Under the pieces are notes generated by a model, which had not been told where the DNA came from, did no database searches, and saw only the letters and a list, made by a program, of their open reading frames with translations. The position numbers and the translations under genes are program-made. Of a stretch of 64,000 bases of DNA, positions 63,528-64,000 are shown piece after piece (position 1 is the first letter of the stretch; each line of letters opens with the position of its first letter). This DNA is from an uncultured Gemmatimonadales bacterium. Its GTDB lineage: Bacteria > Gemmatimonadota > Gemmatimonadetes > Longimicrobiales > RSA9. The stretch covers positions 1,344,001 through 1,408,000 of the forward strand of contig OY970192.1 of NCBI GenBank assembly GCA_963708135.1, given 5' to 3'.

Positions 63528-63839
63528 ATGGCGACTGCGGCGAAAAGCAAGACGGCGGTCCGGCCCCTGGCCGATCGGATCGTCATCAAGCCGCTGGAGG
63601 ACACGGAGACGATGCGGGGCGGGCTCTACATCCCGGACACGGCGAAGGAGAAGCCGCAGCAGGGGGAGGTAATAGCGGTGGGCCCGGGCAAGACGGAGGA
63701 CGGCAAGCGCGTGGCGCCGGAGGTGAACGTGGGCGACCGCGTGCTGTACGGGAAGTACAGTGGGACCGAGGTGACGGTGAACGACGAGCAGTACCTGATT
63801 CTGCGCGAGTCGGATGTGCTCGCGGTCATCGAAGGCTAA
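63528..63839 (+). CDS. groES: Co-chaperonin GroES
   Basis: PLADRIV, GGLYIPDTAKEKPQQGEVIAVGPG, KYSGTEV. Confidence 0.98.
   Translation: MATAAKSKTAVRPLADRIVIKPLEDTETMRGGLYIPDTAKEKPQQGEVIAVGPGKTEDGKRVAPEVNVGDRVLYGKYSGTEVTVNDEQYLILRESDVLAVIEG

Positions 63840-64000
<161 letters not shown>

Overview
Very GC-rich bacterial chromosomal segment; gene repertoire and sequence style suggest Gemmatimonadota, which is inference only. 1-11.2 kb: a [NiFe]-hydrogenase locus in two convergent units. The + unit is hypD-hypE-formyltransferase-crotonase. The - unit is DUF5335-small subunit-large subunit-cytochrome b-maturation protease-hypA-hypB-hypF. The main discovery candidate is the formyltransferase plus crotonase pair directly behind hypDE. 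It looks like a two-gene (split) equivalent of the CO-ligand synthase HypX, and the crotonase carries a HypX-like Tyr...Glu motif in place of the usual crotonase glutamates. The locus also has a HypA without a zinc finger and a HypD with a divergent active-site motif. 11.6-17.3 kb: stress-type genes (USP, ScdA_N, CopD-like), tRNA-Gln, a LexA lacking its Ser-Lys dyad, tadA, a 2-hydroxyacid dehydrogenase and a VOC protein. 17.4-38.5 kb: amino-acid permease, pyrR-pyrB-pyrC, yhaM-like, rpsT, site-2 protease, scpA-scpB, rluB-like, an unknown Rossmann protein, a MoxR/DUF58/Bat cluster, upp, tRNA(CAT), tatC. 38.5-53.4 kb (accessory): TipA-like MerR regulator with its operator and an internal start, NupG-like MFS, a 1390-aa pseudoprotease/propeller/coiled-coil protein, a GMC/Tat-subunit/Gfo sugar-oxidation set, ArsR, a lipoprotein, an HD-GYP response regulator and a PQQ sugar dehydrogenase. 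53.5-64 kb: secD-secF, tatD, mutL, miaA, bshA (CTG start), birA, coaX, rpsU, CIRCE-groES-groEL (partial). No CRISPR array, transposase or phage genes were seen. All family calls come from motif recognition by eye; no database searches were run.
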